From positions 6,735 to 70,734 of the forward strand of contig JBGVNN010000040.1 of NCBI GenBank assembly GCA_045125595.1: a stretch of 64,000 nucleotides of DNA. Reading direction: 5' to 3'. The translations under genes and the position numbers were made by a program. How positions within the stretch are numbered: position 1 is the first letter of the stretch; each line of letters opens with the position of its first letter. Origin of the DNA: Candidatus Egerieisoma sp. Its GTDB lineage: Bacteria; Bacillota; Clostridia; UBA1212; UBA1255. Of this stretch, positions 1 through 10,437 are shown in pieces. The notes under the pieces were generated by a model. That model was not told where the DNA came from and made no database searches. It saw nothing but the letters and a program-made list of their open reading frames with translations.

Positions 1-426
1 CATTGCTGTCGGGAATGTGTCGTTTGAGCTTTGTGACATATTAATATGATCATTCGGGTGAAGCAATTTCTTACCGCAAATTTCATTACCTCTGTTTGCA
101 ATAACTTCATTTGCATTCATGTTGGACTGTGTGCCGCTTCCTGTCTGCCATACTACCAACGGAAAATGGTCGTTGAGTTCGCCTGCGATTACTTCATCAC
201 AAGCTTTGCTGATGATATTTTTCTTCTCTTCATCCATTTTGCCGAGATTATAGTTTGCAATTGCAGCAGCTTTCTTCAATATACCGAATGCATGAGTAAT
301 CTCACGGGGCATAATTTCTCCGCCGATCTTGAAGTTTTGAAAACTTCTCTGTGTCTGTGCTGCCCAATAACGATCCGCTGGTACTTGCATTTCGCCCATC
401 GAATCGCGTTCTATACGATATTCCAT
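1..426 (-). CDS. fumC: fumarate hydratase class II, N-terminal 142 aa (gene continues beyond window start)
   Basis: Not in the ORF track because it runs off the edge. Reverse translation from ATG 426..424 (GGAGGG 7 nt upstream) reads [28 protein letters not shown]...[18 protein letters not shown]...[21 protein letters not shown] and SSNDTFPT are fumarase/aspartase-superfamily signatures, and the WQTGSGTQ context favours fumarase. Confidence 0.85.
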   Translation of the reverse strand, partial: MEYRIERDSMGEMQVPADRYWAAQTQRSFQNFKIGGEIMPREITHAFGILKKAAAIANYNLGKMDEEKKNIISKACDEVIAGELNDHFPLVVWQTGSGTQSNMNANEVIANRGNEICGKKLLHPNDHINMSQSSNDTFPTAM

Positions 427-459
427 ATCTATTCCCTCCAAAATATAAATGTTTATATA

Positions 460-1410
460 TTAAAATTCAAGTTTCGAAATAAGGTCTTTAAGAACATTGC
501 CGCTCTTATGCATAAGCTCAATTTCGCTATCCAAAAGTGTGGGTGTTACACAACCTTTAACGCCATCAATACCCAATACAAAAAGGTGGCTGATACATAC
601 GTCGCTAAGTCCGTATTCACCGTGCATCATTGATGAAACTGTCATGATATAATCTTTTCCTGTGAAAAGTGACTCAACAATACTGCATACAGAAACTGAA
701 ACCGCGTAATATGTAGCTTGTTTGTTTTTAATAATCTCTCCGCCTGAGGTTCTTACATATTCAATAACCTCATCATAGTTGGGCGGTGTAACGATATCTT
801 TACCTGTATATTTAATGCCTTTACAATAATCTTCAATACCGATAGCAGCAATTTTTGCCAAAGACCAAGGTATAAAAGATGAATCGCCGTGTTCACCCAT
901 TACGTATGCGTGAATATTCTTTTGACAAACACCGAAGTGATCAGAAAGATAATAACGAAGACGTGCAGTATCGAGAATTGTTCCCGAACCGATTATTTTA
1001 TTCTCCGGCAAGCCTGAATACTTCATAAATGCATATGTCATAATATCAACAGGATTGCTTACTATAATATATAACGCATTTGGTGCGTATTTCGCAATTT
1101 CAGGTGCGATTTGTTTCATTATGTTAACATTTGTTTGTGCAAGATCAAGTCTTGTCTGTCCTGCTTTTCTGGGAAGTCCTGAAGAAATAACAACCACATC
1201 AGAATCCTTAGCATCCTCATATGTTCCTGAATATATTGTCACGGGACAACAAAAAGGAGTACCTTGCTGAATATCCATTGCCTCGCCTTCAGCTTTGTCA
1301 TGATTGATATCAATGAGTACGATTTCTGAAGCAATACCTTTTACTGTCATAGTATAAGCAATGGTCGAACCAACGCTTCCTGCTCCGATAATTGTTACCT
1401 TGTTGCTCAT
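460..1410 (-). CDS. ldh: L-lactate dehydrogenase
   Basis: 316 aa. N-terminal Rossmann motif VTIIGAGSVGS and active-site block MGEHGDSS. RBS AAGAGGA upstream of the ATG. Confidence 0.9.
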   Translation of the reverse strand: MSNKVTIIGAGSVGSTIAYTMTVKGIASEIVLIDINHDKAEGEAMDIQQGTPFCCPVTIYSGTYEDAKDSDVVVISSGLPRKAGQTRLDLAQTNVNIMKQIAPEIAKYAPNALYIIVSNPVDIMTYAFMKYSGLPENKIIGSGTILDTARLRYYLSDHFGVCQKNIHAYVMGEHGDSSFIPWSLAKIAAIGIEDYCKGIKYTGKDIVTPPNYDEVIEYVRTSGGEIIKNKQATYYAVSVSVCSIVESLFTGKDYIMTVSSMMHGEYGLSDVCISHLFVLGIDGVKGCVTPTLLDSEIELMHKSGNVLKDLISKLEF

Positions 1411-1551
1411 ATGAATCCTCTTTTCTCTGTAAATATTTTTAAACTTTTCTGCGCTCGCCTGCTAAAAAAATACAGTCCTACGCATACTGTCTTATTATCA
1501 CACATACAAGCTGAAATGTCAAATACAAGAGAACTAAAAAATACACTTTTC

Positions 1552-1593
1552 GACAAAAAATTTAAGCAGACCGACAAGTGTGTCCGTCTGCTT
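1552..1593 (-). terminator. rho-independent terminator after the PrsA-like gene
   Basis: Hairpin AAGCAGACCGACA-AGTG-TGTCCGTCTGCTT (1564..1593), about 13 bp with one mismatch. On the minus strand it is followed by AAATTTTTTG. Confidence 0.6.
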
Positions 1594-1623
1594 AAAAACT
1601 TCATTTTATTGTTTTATAAAAAA

Positions 1624-3954
1624 TTATTTATCGGTAGTTTCTTCATTTTTTTCTTCGGCATCTTTAGCATCTTCATCTAAATGAGCTAAATAACTTTCTA
1701 CCACACTTTCAACAACCTCTTCAACCACATTATCAATTTTTAAATTATTATCTTTGATAAACTTATCAACCTGGTTGTTAAATGTCTCTGATTTATAAGC
1801 ACTCTCAACAGCATCATGAATAGCATCGATTTTAAAATCTTTTGTAGCGATTGTGCCTTTAATTCCATTATAATCAGCCAAACCCTCTATCACAACAAGC
1901 TCATATGAAGAGTTTGTCTTAATTATGGTTACCGCTCCTACTTCTGTTTGCGCGAAAGCCCAATCTCTTATAGCTCTTGTAACAGCCGCTGTTTTGTTTG
2001 TTAAATCTACCAAACCTTTATTCGAGCCCAAACTGTCAGAATATCCAACAGCCAAAGCCTCAGCAGAGTCACCTTTTTCGTATTTATCTTTAAGAGTATT
2101 GATTAATTTCTCAACTTTTGCCTGTTCTTCTGCCGAAATTAATTCATCTTTATTATCAATCAAAGATTTTGAAATCAATCTGACTGTAACAACCCTGTAG
2201 GAATCAACATCCTTTTCGTAATAAGCCTTCAAGTCAACACCATCAGTTTCTATATCATCTATAACAGAAGCCGAATAATCATCAACAAGCATTTGATCAA
2301 CATAAATATGCTTATAATCATTTACATTCATACCCATAAGCTTTTGAACCAACTCGTCTCGTGTTTTTGCATTGTAAGACTCTCCGTAATATGCAAGCAT
2401 AGAATCTATCTGTTGGTCCAATTCGTTAAGATATTCGCTTTTTTTCTCATCAGAAAAACCCTTATCTGCCGCAATCGCCATATCCTTTGTTGCCAAGAAA
2501 TCAAGCATAAGATTAAGAGCCTCTTCTTTTGAATATTCAAGATAAGTTTTGCCGTCTTTATATTCCTTTTTAAACAACTCTTTAAGTGCAGCAAAATATT
2601 CTTTTTCATCTTTTAAATTGTTAATCTCAGTAAAGTCATAATCCTCTAAGCACTTGTTCATTGCTTGTGAGAAGAACTGTGCATAACAAGCTTTGTATAT
2701 ATCATCTCCGCGATATTTGCCTACAACTGTTTTATCCATTTCCGCATCTTTGTTCTCCGGAGCAGCTGTTGCTGCTGGTGTTGCAGAAGCGTTCGCACTT
2801 CCTGTAGCAGAAGCAGAACTTCCCGCTGCATTTTCGTCTTCAAACTCACCTGTTACGGCACGCTTTGCAAGCTTCATTGCATATTCTTTATTATATGAAG
2901 TTATTTTGTATTTGCTGTCTTCTTTATAAGGTTTAATCTCTTCTTCTACAAGTTTTATTGCTTTTTCTTGTATATATGCACTTTTTACTCTATCATAAAC
3001 ATCCTTATCTGTAGTATCAAGAACTTTTGTACACTTCATAATGTGATAGCCGTGTTCTGTCTCTACTATCTCTATCTTATCAGATGCCTCTGTTTGTTTG
3101 AGCCCCCACTCTTCAAAAGCTTTAACAAAACCGGCACCTTCATAGACAGTATAATAACCATCATTATTGGGTTTGTTATCTTGTCCAACATCTTCAGACT
3201 CTTTCATAATATCGTCAAATGTTATTTTTCCTTCATTATATTTATCAACCAATTCTTGAGCATCTTCAAGAAGTTCTGCCTTATCATCCTTATCTGCTTT
3301 ATCCGGGAATTTGAGAAGTGAATGTCTTACTTCAACTGTGTTAAATGTTTTTTTATTTTCTTCAAAATAAGATTTCACTATATCATCTGTAACTTGTACT
3401 GTTGACTCAATTGAATCTTTATATGACGTGAGACATCCTGACATAACAAAAAACTCTATAAGTTCATCGTATTGCATACAATATGCAGCCTTTACAAAAT
3501 CCTCGGGGGTACTAACTCCAAAAGAAGTACCATAGTACGAACTCATTTGTTCTATATATGTCTCTGCATTTTTCTTAATTTCATTTTTTTCAGACTCCTT
3601 CGGCCATGTATCTTTAGCAGAGAAAACCTGATATTCAATCAAGAAAAGACGAGTCTCTTCAATAGCATTGTCAAGAATGTATTCAAAATATGACTTATCA
3701 CCTATTTTTGCTTTAACAAGCGCATCATAACGTTCTTTGCCATACAAAGTTTTGTATTCTTCTTTCCAATTTTCAGTTGAAGTTTCATCATTCATCTCAT
3801 AGAAGAAATAATTTATGAACACTCCGTCGGGAATATTCATACCGTTAACCTTGCCAACATATTGTTTTGTTTGCTCTTTTTTACACGCAAACAAAAAACT
3901 TGACACCATAACAAGAACTAAAATCAATGCAATAACTTTAATATGCCTTTTCAT
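1624..3954 (-). CDS. large PrsA/SurA-like lipoprotein with a parvulin-type peptidyl-prolyl isomerase domain
   Basis: 776 aa. Signal peptide ends in the lipobox LFAC. Parvulin-like block VETEHGYHIMK lies mid-protein, with an Ala/Ser-rich linker (AAGSSASATGSANASATPAATAAP). Strong RBS GGAGG. Confidence 0.7.
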   Translation of the reverse strand: MKRHIKVIALILVLVMVSSFLFACKKEQTKQYVGKVNGMNIPDGVFINYFFYEMNDETSTENWKEEYKTLYGKERYDALVKAKIGDKSYFEYILDNAIEETRLFLIEYQVFSAKDTWPKESEKNEIKKNAETYIEQMSSYYGTSFGVSTPEDFVKAAYCMQYDELIEFFVMSGCLTSYKDSIESTVQVTDDIVKSYFEENKKTFNTVEVRHSLLKFPDKADKDDKAELLEDAQELVDKYNEGKITFDDIMKESEDVGQDNKPNNDGYYTVYEGAGFVKAFEEWGLKQTEASDKIEIVETEHGYHIMKCTKVLDTTDKDVYDRVKSAYIQEKAIKLVEEEIKPYKEDSKYKITSYNKEYAMKLAKRAVTGEFEDENAAGSSASATGSANASATPAATAAPENKDAEMDKTVVGKYRGDDIYKACYAQFFSQAMNKCLEDYDFTEINNLKDEKEYFAALKELFKKEYKDGKTYLEYSKEEALNLMLDFLATKDMAIAADKGFSDEKKSEYLNELDQQIDSMLAYYGESYNAKTRDELVQKLMGMNVNDYKHIYVDQMLVDDYSASVIDDIETDGVDLKAYYEKDVDSYRVVTVRLISKSLIDNKDELISAEEQAKVEKLINTLKDKYEKGDSAEALAVGYSDSLGSNKGLVDLTNKTAAVTRAIRDWAFAQTEVGAVTIIKTNSSYELVVIEGLADYNGIKGTIATKDFKIDAIHDAVESAYKSETFNNQVDKFIKDNNLKIDNVVEEVVESVVESYLAHLDEDAKDAEEKNEETTDK

Positions 3955-3968
3955 ACTTGCCTCCGTAA

Positions 3969-4214
3969 TTATTCTGTAATTATCCTATACATATCTTTCG
4001 CGTCATCTTTTCTTACTGTTTCGGCAACGCTCAGTATTTCAAATTTGGTTTTGCCTCCCGCAAAAGCAATCTCCACAATATCGCCCGGCTTAACCGCCGC
4101 ACTCGCTTTGGCAGGTCTGCCGTTAATAGAAACTCGACCTCCGTCACAAGCCTCATTTGCAACAGTACGCCTCTTAATCACTCTTGATACCTTCAAAAAT
4201 TTATCAATTCTCAT
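3969..4214 (-). CDS. S4-domain RNA-binding protein (YabO/Hsp15-like)
   Basis: MRIDKFLKVSRVIKRRTVANEACDGGRVSINGRPAKAS is a typical S4 fold sequence. Start moved to the internal ATG at 4214, which has RBS GGAGAG. It overlaps the mazG stop by 11 nt, matching yabN-yabO order in Bacillus. Confidence 0.75.
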   Translation of the reverse strand: MRIDKFLKVSRVIKRRTVANEACDGGRVSINGRPAKASAAVKPGDIVEIAFAGGKTKFEILSVAETVRKDDAKDMYRIITE

Positions 4215-4878
4215 TCTTACTCTCCACTTCACTAATAACTTTTTCGGTATACTTTGACAAAGCTAGTTCGGCATCCACATCAGAACTGTCGGCCAAACGG
4301 CATATCGAATACAGAAGCTCGCCTATTTCTTCCTCTCCCGCTTTTTCAAACTCTTCTCCGGACGGAAACTGTTCGCTCTTTCCTGCTTTTCGTATTTTTT
4401 TTGCTGCTTTTTGTGCTCTCATCAAAGCCGGTAAAACATCCGGAATATCCTCTAAATCTTGTTTAAGCGAAGAAAAACCTTTCTCTGTAAGCTTTCGTTT
4501 TTCCCAATTGTCAAGAGCCTCTTTTTCATTATCCACTTCAACATTACCAAAAACATGTGTATGTCTAAAAAGCATTTTCTTAGCGCATCTGTCAGTAACG
4601 TCCTCAAACCCGAATTTACCTTCTTCTTCAGCAAGAATAGAATGAAAAATAACTTGCAAAAGAACATCCCCCAACTCTTCGCAAAGTTTCTCCGCACTAT
4701 CTTTTTTTATAGCATCTACTGCCTCATACGCCTCTTCTATCATTGGTTTTATTAATGTTTCATGAGTTTGTACTCTATCCCAAGGACATCCCTCGGGCGA
4801 ACGTAAAAGCTCAATTATATGATAAAGCTCTTCTAACGAATATTTCTCTCCGTTTCTTTTCGGTTCTATTTGTATCAT
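4204..4878 (-). CDS. mazG: MazG-family nucleoside triphosphate pyrophosphohydrolase
   Basis: LRSPEGCPWDRVQTHETL plus EExYEAVDAI and EELGDVLLQV helices typical of MazG. Start placed at MIQIEPK (4878); the exact start is uncertain. Confidence 0.8.
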   Translation of the reverse strand: MIQIEPKRNGEKYSLEELYHIIELLRSPEGCPWDRVQTHETLIKPMIEEAYEAVDAIKKDSAEKLCEELGDVLLQVIFHSILAEEEGKFGFEDVTDRCAKKMLFRHTHVFGNVEVDNEKEALDNWEKRKLTEKGFSSLKQDLEDIPDVLPALMRAQKAAKKIRKAGKSEQFPSGEEFEKAGEEEIGELLYSICRLADSSDVDAELALSKYTEKVISEVESKNEN

Positions 4879-5021
4879 ATAAACACCTGTCATTCTCATA
4901 ATTATTAAAATTTGTTGCACGAAGCCACATATGTTGATTATAATACATTAAAGAGCTAAGGGCAAATTTTTATTTACTCTTTCAGCAAATTAGTATTTTA
5001 GCAAAGGCGTGTAAACAAATC

Positions 5022-5471
5022 GTGACAAATCTGTGCAACTTTATGGACAAAGCTATTGAATACGCAAAAATTTCCGCACAAAACAATCCTTTAGATGTGC
5101 CGGTAGGATGTGTCATAGTAAAAGATAACAAAATAATTTCATATGGTTTTAATACAAGAGAAAAACAAAGCCGCATCACAGGACATGCCGAGATACAAGC
5201 AATTGAAGAAGCAGAAAAAATTTTAGGCGACCACAGGTTACAAGACTGCAAAATTTTCGTAACTTTAGAACCTTGTCCCATGTGCGCCGGTGCAATACGA
5301 GCAGCACAAATAGAAGAATTATATTTCGGTGCTTATAATTTATCAGACGGAGCTGCTGGTACCGTATATAATTTGTTGTATCCTTATGTAAAAGTTTTCG
5401 GCGGAATAAAAAAGAGCGACTGTGAGTCGCTCATAAAAGATTTTTTTACGCATATAAGAAATAAACCATAA
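5022..5471 (+). CDS. tadA: tRNA-specific adenosine deaminase
   Basis: 149 aa. CDA zinc motifs HAEIQAI and PCPMCAGA. The start may instead be the internal ATG at 5043. Confidence 0.9.
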   Translation: MTNLCNFMDKAIEYAKISAQNNPLDVPVGCVIVKDNKIISYGFNTREKQSRITGHAEIQAIEEAEKILGDHRLQDCKIFVTLEPCPMCAGAIRAAQIEELYFGAYNLSDGAAGTVYNLLYPYVKVFGGIKKSDCESLIKDFFTHIRNKP

Positions 5472-5482
5472 TATTAATTTCA

Positions 5483-7120
5483 TTATACTTCTCTATCGAA
5501 AATTTCAATATCGGACATATACCACGTACCGTTTCTGTTAACATACCAGATTCTTGTATTTGTCTCAAGTTTCTGTTGAAAATCCGGTTTGCCTCGCTGT
5601 CCGAAAATCCAATAGTCAAAATAAACAGCACAAGAGAAGCAATCTTTACCATACACCTTCAAATCGTATGCTTCAATATTTTCAAACTTTGTTGAATCAT
5701 GGTCTGTATACCAATACTGACGATATTCGCTCATATCTTTGTACATCTGTGTGCCGCTGATAATTCCCGACAAGAAATTACTCATAGAAATATCATTTGA
5801 CATAAATCCCGCATATTTTTTCGCACCATTTATCGCTATATCTTTATATGTGCTTTGTTGAGCATCAGGCACTTTAAAATCACCGTAATATGTCATACTC
5901 TCACTGTCGTATTTAAGAGGAACTATATCTCCTTTGTAATTTTTCGCCACTATATCAAGTTCACCCGACACCACAGCTACTTTGTATTCATTCATAACAG
6001 GCGCCGTAAAATATGCAGTCGGTATGCCTGATAATTCTTCAATTGCAATATTATTTTCAACGCGCCAACTATCCGAAGATGTTATTTCTTTACCGTTTAC
6101 AGCAACTGCATAATTTGAGGGCAATTTAAATGTAAACACTTTAAATCCTACATCAAAAGTCTTTGTTTGTGCATTATATGTGCATTCTACCAAATTACCG
6201 TTATTATCTTTAACTGTGACCTCAGGTTTGCTTGCAAGTTGATGAACCTCATAAGTATTCAAAAGCTTTAAAGCCGATTTATCTTCATCACTTAGTAAAT
6301 ATTTCATATATTTATTTTCTTGTGATTGACCTGTTGCATATTTATCTGTCAACTTTTTACCGTTTACAGTAACTTCAAAACCAGCCGGTGCATTAATCGT
6401 AATATCCAAAAGCTTAGCTACAATCTCATTATTACTATTATTTGTCACTTCAAATAAAGTACCATCTGCCGCTTTAACTTCAACATTCTCCGGTTTTTTT
6501 AACAAGCCGCACACTTCATAGCGCATTATTTTTTTGTTGCCATCAATAGTATTCTCCGTCTGCGCCAATTGGTCTTTTGCAAGTTCCTGTCTGAATATGC
6601 CGTCAACAGCCTTACCATCAATATACGGAACCGCTGTTTCAGGAGCAAGTATAACAACATTAATATCAGCAAAAGAAAAATCCGACACGCAGTCAAATTC
6701 ATACAAGCTAAAACCAAAAGTGGTTGTTTCTTTTGCTTTTTTTAATGTCAATTTGCACAAATCCTCTCCATCAGCTTTAATCGTAAAAGCAGGACTTTCA
6801 AATCTGTCATACGAAAACGCCTTTACATAAGTGATTTTTTTACCGCTGATGGCCTCTTTTAACTTCGTTTCATAATCAGCTTTTGACACAAAACCTGTCA
6901 TAACAACATCCGTCTTATCTAATATTTCAGAATACTTTTGATTTTCAAAAAGTTTTACAATACGATCGACTTCAACTGTATTTTGACTGCTTTCATAATC
7001 AGATAACCAAAATGTGAATATAATTGCACCAACAATCAAAAGACACAAAAATACTGCTATTGTATAAAAATAAACTTTCCAGAATTTAGAGTTTTTAATA
7101 AGTTCTTTAATTTTATTCAT
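5483..7120 (-). CDS. membrane-anchored hypothetical protein
   Basis: Start at MNKIKEL (7120) with GGAGG 9 nt upstream. One N-terminal TM helix (VYFYTIAVFLCLLIVGAIIFTFWL) and a large extracytoplasmic region. No family recognised with certainty. Confidence 0.65.
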   Translation of the reverse strand: MNKIKELIKNSKFWKVYFYTIAVFLCLLIVGAIIFTFWLSDYESSQNTVEVDRIVKLFENQKYSEILDKTDVVMTGFVSKADYETKLKEAISGKKITYVKAFSYDRFESPAFTIKADGEDLCKLTLKKAKETTTFGFSLYEFDCVSDFSFADINVVILAPETAVPYIDGKAVDGIFRQELAKDQLAQTENTIDGNKKIMRYEVCGLLKKPENVEVKAADGTLFEVTNNSNNEIVAKLLDITINAPAGFEVTVNGKKLTDKYATGQSQENKYMKYLLSDEDKSALKLLNTYEVHQLASKPEVTVKDNNGNLVECTYNAQTKTFDVGFKVFTFKLPSNYAVAVNGKEITSSDSWRVENNIAIEELSGIPTAYFTAPVMNEYKVAVVSGELDIVAKNYKGDIVPLKYDSESMTYYGDFKVPDAQQSTYKDIAINGAKKYAGFMSNDISMSNFLSGIISGTQMYKDMSEYRQYWYTDHDSTKFENIEAYDLKVYGKDCFSCAVYFDYWIFGQRGKPDFQQKLETNTRIWYVNRNGTWYMSDIEIFDREV

Positions 7121-7138
7121 TACGAAAACCTCCAATTC

Positions 7139-8533
7139 TTAATTATTCTGCTCATATTGAGTATTAATCTTCTCAACTCTGCTTACCAAAATTGAAGTTG
7201 CCATTTTTCTGGGACCATAAAGAGAAGCACATTGCGTAATAATCTGAGGATTATTTCCTGTTTCTGAATTCTGTGCCATATATGTAGACGAACCACCGTC
7301 TAAGTTTGCAGCATTTACAGCGCCGTAATTCATCATTATTTCTATCAAATCCTCATAAGTCGCACCCATACTTGAAGGCTGTCTGCCATCAATTGTAAGC
7401 AACAGCATAGCACCGTCAGCACGCTGTCCAATTGCTGTACGCGGATTAAGACCGGCCTCTGTAAAACCTCCCACTTCACAAGCCTTGCCATTCATTACAA
7501 GATACGGACCGAAATTCAAGGCCTCTACAATACCATTGTCCAAAGCTTGTTGAGGTGTCATCTTACCAAGAACAAGAATACCTTGTTTATTTATTCCGAT
7601 AACTTCGTATTCTCTATTTTTTTGACCGTACATAAGTACACCCTTGGAAATAACTATACCGTCAGAATTTTCTCTGCCTGTAGGTATACCGCCGTTACCT
7701 TTTCCTGTATCATAAAAGCCACCGCCGTTAACACCGTAAAGTGCATTATCATTCTTTACCATATTAAGTGTGGTCACACCTTCTTTATCATTGCCGTATG
7801 CAGCCGGTGTACCGATATATACTCGCTTAGGGTTTTGAACAATAAGAAGTTTTCCTCTATATGTTTTACCTTCTATATTGATGAGTTGAACGCTGTTAAT
7901 ATCAACCTTATTGCCGGGCTCGTCACCTTCTTTATCTCCGCTTTGATTATTCGGAAGCTGAATGAGTGTCGGGTCTGTTTTTGTTCCACTGTCTATAATA
8001 GCATTGCCTTCGACAATACTTTTAACCGTGTCATCCGACAAGAACCAAGTAGCCAAAAAGTCTGCCGCGCTCGTTTCCGTAACGGTCAATACAAATCTGT
8101 CTCTTGCCGACTCAGAAGGTCCATGAAGTATCAACAAAACAGCACAAAGCGCAACGAGCACCAACGACAACAAGAATGAAAGTACGGAAATCCCCACAAA
8201 AGCTAACGTCTTTTTCAATGATTTTTTGCTTTTGTTATTATCCTGATGTCTGTTTGTTCTTCTTGGCGCAGTCTGCGTTCTTGCTGAGGCTGTCGATGTT
8301 TTTCTGCCCGCTGAAGTATTTCTTGGCTGTGACGCCGTTCTGACAGTCTTTTTTTCTCTGTCATAAGAATCATTCACTCTGTTAAGGTTTGTAGGTCTCC
8401 TGCCGGTCACGCTGTGTATCTTTATGGCGGGCTCTCTTTTTTGTTTTCTTATTTGCCAATTTTCTATATATGTACAAAGCTTGTCTAAGACTTCTTCGCT
8501 ACCTTTTTTTGAATAATTAATCTTGTATTTCAT
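7139..8533 (-). CDS. phosphodiester glycosidase family protein (DUF2233-like), type II membrane topology
   Basis: Basic low-complexity N-terminus, one TM helix (LAFVGISVLSFLLSLVLVALCAVLLIL), and a C-terminal block ending NLDGGSSTYM typical of the family. Start chosen at MKYKINY (8533). Confidence 0.6.
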   Translation of the reverse strand: MKYKINYSKKGSEEVLDKLCTYIENWQIRKQKREPAIKIHSVTGRRPTNLNRVNDSYDREKKTVRTASQPRNTSAGRKTSTASARTQTAPRRTNRHQDNNKSKKSLKKTLAFVGISVLSFLLSLVLVALCAVLLILHGPSESARDRFVLTVTETSAADFLATWFLSDDTVKSIVEGNAIIDSGTKTDPTLIQLPNNQSGDKEGDEPGNKVDINSVQLINIEGKTYRGKLLIVQNPKRVYIGTPAAYGNDKEGVTTLNMVKNDNALYGVNGGGFYDTGKGNGGIPTGRENSDGIVISKGVLMYGQKNREYEVIGINKQGILVLGKMTPQQALDNGIVEALNFGPYLVMNGKACEVGGFTEAGLNPRTAIGQRADGAMLLLTIDGRQPSSMGATYEDLIEIMMNYGAVNAANLDGGSSTYMAQNSETGNNPQIITQCASLYGPRKMATSILVSRVEKINTQYEQNN

Positions 8534-8608
8534 ACAATCAAAATCCTTCTTTTGTAAATATAATATATCACCCTTACTATACCCCCAATGCACCATTTAG
8601 TCAAGAAA

Positions 8609-10261
8609 TTATAGTTTTTTGATAAGACTCTTAAATTCATTCACAAACATACTTTCACCCTCACATTTTTCGGGATACAGTAGATATAAATATCTTTTTG
8701 CTCTCGTCATGGCAACATAAAACAACCGTCTTTCTTCTTCTAAATCTTTGCCTGTCGAAGAACCTCTTCCCGGAAATTCGCCTTTAATAATATCTATTAT
8801 AAAAACCGCATCATATTCAAGTCCTTTAGATGAATGAACAGTAGAAAATTCAACAGCCATACTTTGATTATTTTTCAAAGCAAACGTGTTATTATCAATT
8901 TTTTCAAGTAATCTTACCATTTGAGTTACACTTTCTGTTTTGTTGCATAAATACTCAATAAATTCTGTTATAACATCTTTAAAGTAAATATTTCGTCCTG
9001 ATTCTCTGCAATAAGATTCTAATTGTTCATAGAGGCCATCTTCTTTCATTCTTCTCAATATCTTCTTCGGTGTCGGAACAAAAACATTTTTTCTTTCTAT
9101 TTTTCTCATTTTAAATATTATGCTGTCCAAAAAATCCATTTCATGTGTTTTGTAGTAATCTCCGTTGCATTTACAACTTGTGCCCATGCAAGCGAACACA
9201 GTTCTCGGTAACAGACTCGAAATATTGTTTCTGTAAAGAACACCTATTCTTAACTCAGGTTCTGAACCCAATAATTTTTGAGCCTCTTTAAATACATATT
9301 CTGCCTGTTTTATGCCATTTTTGAAACTTTTAACAACAGGGTCAAAACCTTTTTCTTTTTGGCTGTAAAGTTGTTTGTCAAATCGTTCTTTATTTTGATC
9401 TATAAATTTACACGAACAATCAACGATTCTTTTTACCGATCTGTAATTTCTTGCCAAATAATATACCTTACAGTCTTGATGCCTTTTTTGAAATTCAAAC
9501 AAACACTCCGGAGCGGCCCCTCTGAATCCATATATGCTTTGGTCATCATCGGCAACAACAAAAATATTGCCGTTTGATGCAATTATTTCCATTATTTCAA
9601 ATTGCAAGGCAGTTAAGTCCTGTGCTTCATCCAATTGTACATATTCAAAGCGATGACAAAACAATTCCCTTATTGCCTTTTTATTTGGTAAATCTGATGT
9701 TAATATTTCCCCTGCCAAAAAAATCATATCATCAAAATCAATTAGATTTTTTTCTTTTTTATATTTTTCATATCGCTGCAAAATTTTTTTCACATTTTTA
9801 ATTTCAGGTATTTTTTTACTGTTACAGTTTATCGCTCGTATTTTTTCAAGCACATTACTCTCCGGAAAATTGCCGTTTATCTCTTTATAAAGTTCAATTA
9901 TTATATTATCTTTTAGTTTATTTTCACTTTCAATTCTTTTATATTTTATATTGTTTACAGTCTCGTATTCTCGTATTATTTCATTACAAAAACTATGTAC
10001 TGTTTTAAAAACCGGCATTTTTACTTTCTTTTCTTCAAATGTCGTAAAATTTTTTAAATATCTGTCGGCCATTTCTTCTCCTGCAGCATTTGTGAAGGTA
10101 ACACTTAGAATTTTAGAAGGGTCGTCAATCGCTTGTGAAAGTCGCATCGTTCTTTCTGTAAGAACAGTTGTTTTTCCGCTGCCGGGGCCTGCCAATGTAA
10201 GTGCCGCCCCGGTTGTATGCATTGCAATTTCCAGTTGATTCTTATCCAAATTATAACTCAT
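8609..10261 (-). CDS. UvrD/Rep-family ATP-dependent DNA helicase (short form)
   Basis: Walker A AGPGSGKTT, LDEAQD (motif II), VHSSKGLEYD and YVAMTRAK C-terminal motifs. Start at MSYNLDK (10261) with RBS AGGGGG. Confidence 0.85.
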   Translation of the reverse strand: MSYNLDKNQLEIAMHTTGAALTLAGPGSGKTTVLTERTMRLSQAIDDPSKILSVTFTNAAGEEMADRYLKNFTTFEEKKVKMPVFKTVHSFCNEIIREYETVNNIKYKRIESENKLKDNIIIELYKEINGNFPESNVLEKIRAINCNSKKIPEIKNVKKILQRYEKYKKEKNLIDFDDMIFLAGEILTSDLPNKKAIRELFCHRFEYVQLDEAQDLTALQFEIMEIIASNGNIFVVADDDQSIYGFRGAAPECLFEFQKRHQDCKVYYLARNYRSVKRIVDCSCKFIDQNKERFDKQLYSQKEKGFDPVVKSFKNGIKQAEYVFKEAQKLLGSEPELRIGVLYRNNISSLLPRTVFACMGTSCKCNGDYYKTHEMDFLDSIIFKMRKIERKNVFVPTPKKILRRMKEDGLYEQLESYCRESGRNIYFKDVITEFIEYLCNKTESVTQMVRLLEKIDNNTFALKNNQSMAVEFSTVHSSKGLEYDAVFIIDIIKGEFPGRGSSTGKDLEEERRLFYVAMTRAKRYLYLLYPEKCEGESMFVNEFKSLIKKL

Positions 10262-10437
10262 AAACCCCCCTAAAAAAACACCCGTATTCTTGTGTTTTGA
10301 CAAAGAATACGGGATGTAAACACAAACGAAGTATACTTTGCCGGCAAGCACCTGTCAACCGACAAATTTTTTTTGCAAAGCTTAAAATATATGTTATACT
10401 CATTGATGTGAATTTATTATTTCCAGGGGTTTTTAAT

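Noticed and set aside
46-633. 195-aa plus-strand ORF at the window start
   Set aside because: It is antisense to the well-supported fumC N-terminus and the ldh C-terminus. It has no RBS and a low-complexity, Cys/Phe-rich translation typical of antisense frames.
1411-1623. Rex operator (TTGTGAA-N6-TTCACAA) upstream of ldh
   Set aside because: No good match was found by eye; only a partial TTATCACA.
8609-10261. UvrD-like helicase as part of a defence system (for example Gabija GajB-like)
   Set aside because: No partner gene (ATPase/Toprim nuclease or similar) is adjacent. The neighbours are a glycosidase-family membrane protein and a PBP5 homologue. It looks like the ordinary short UvrD/Rep helicase of Clostridia.
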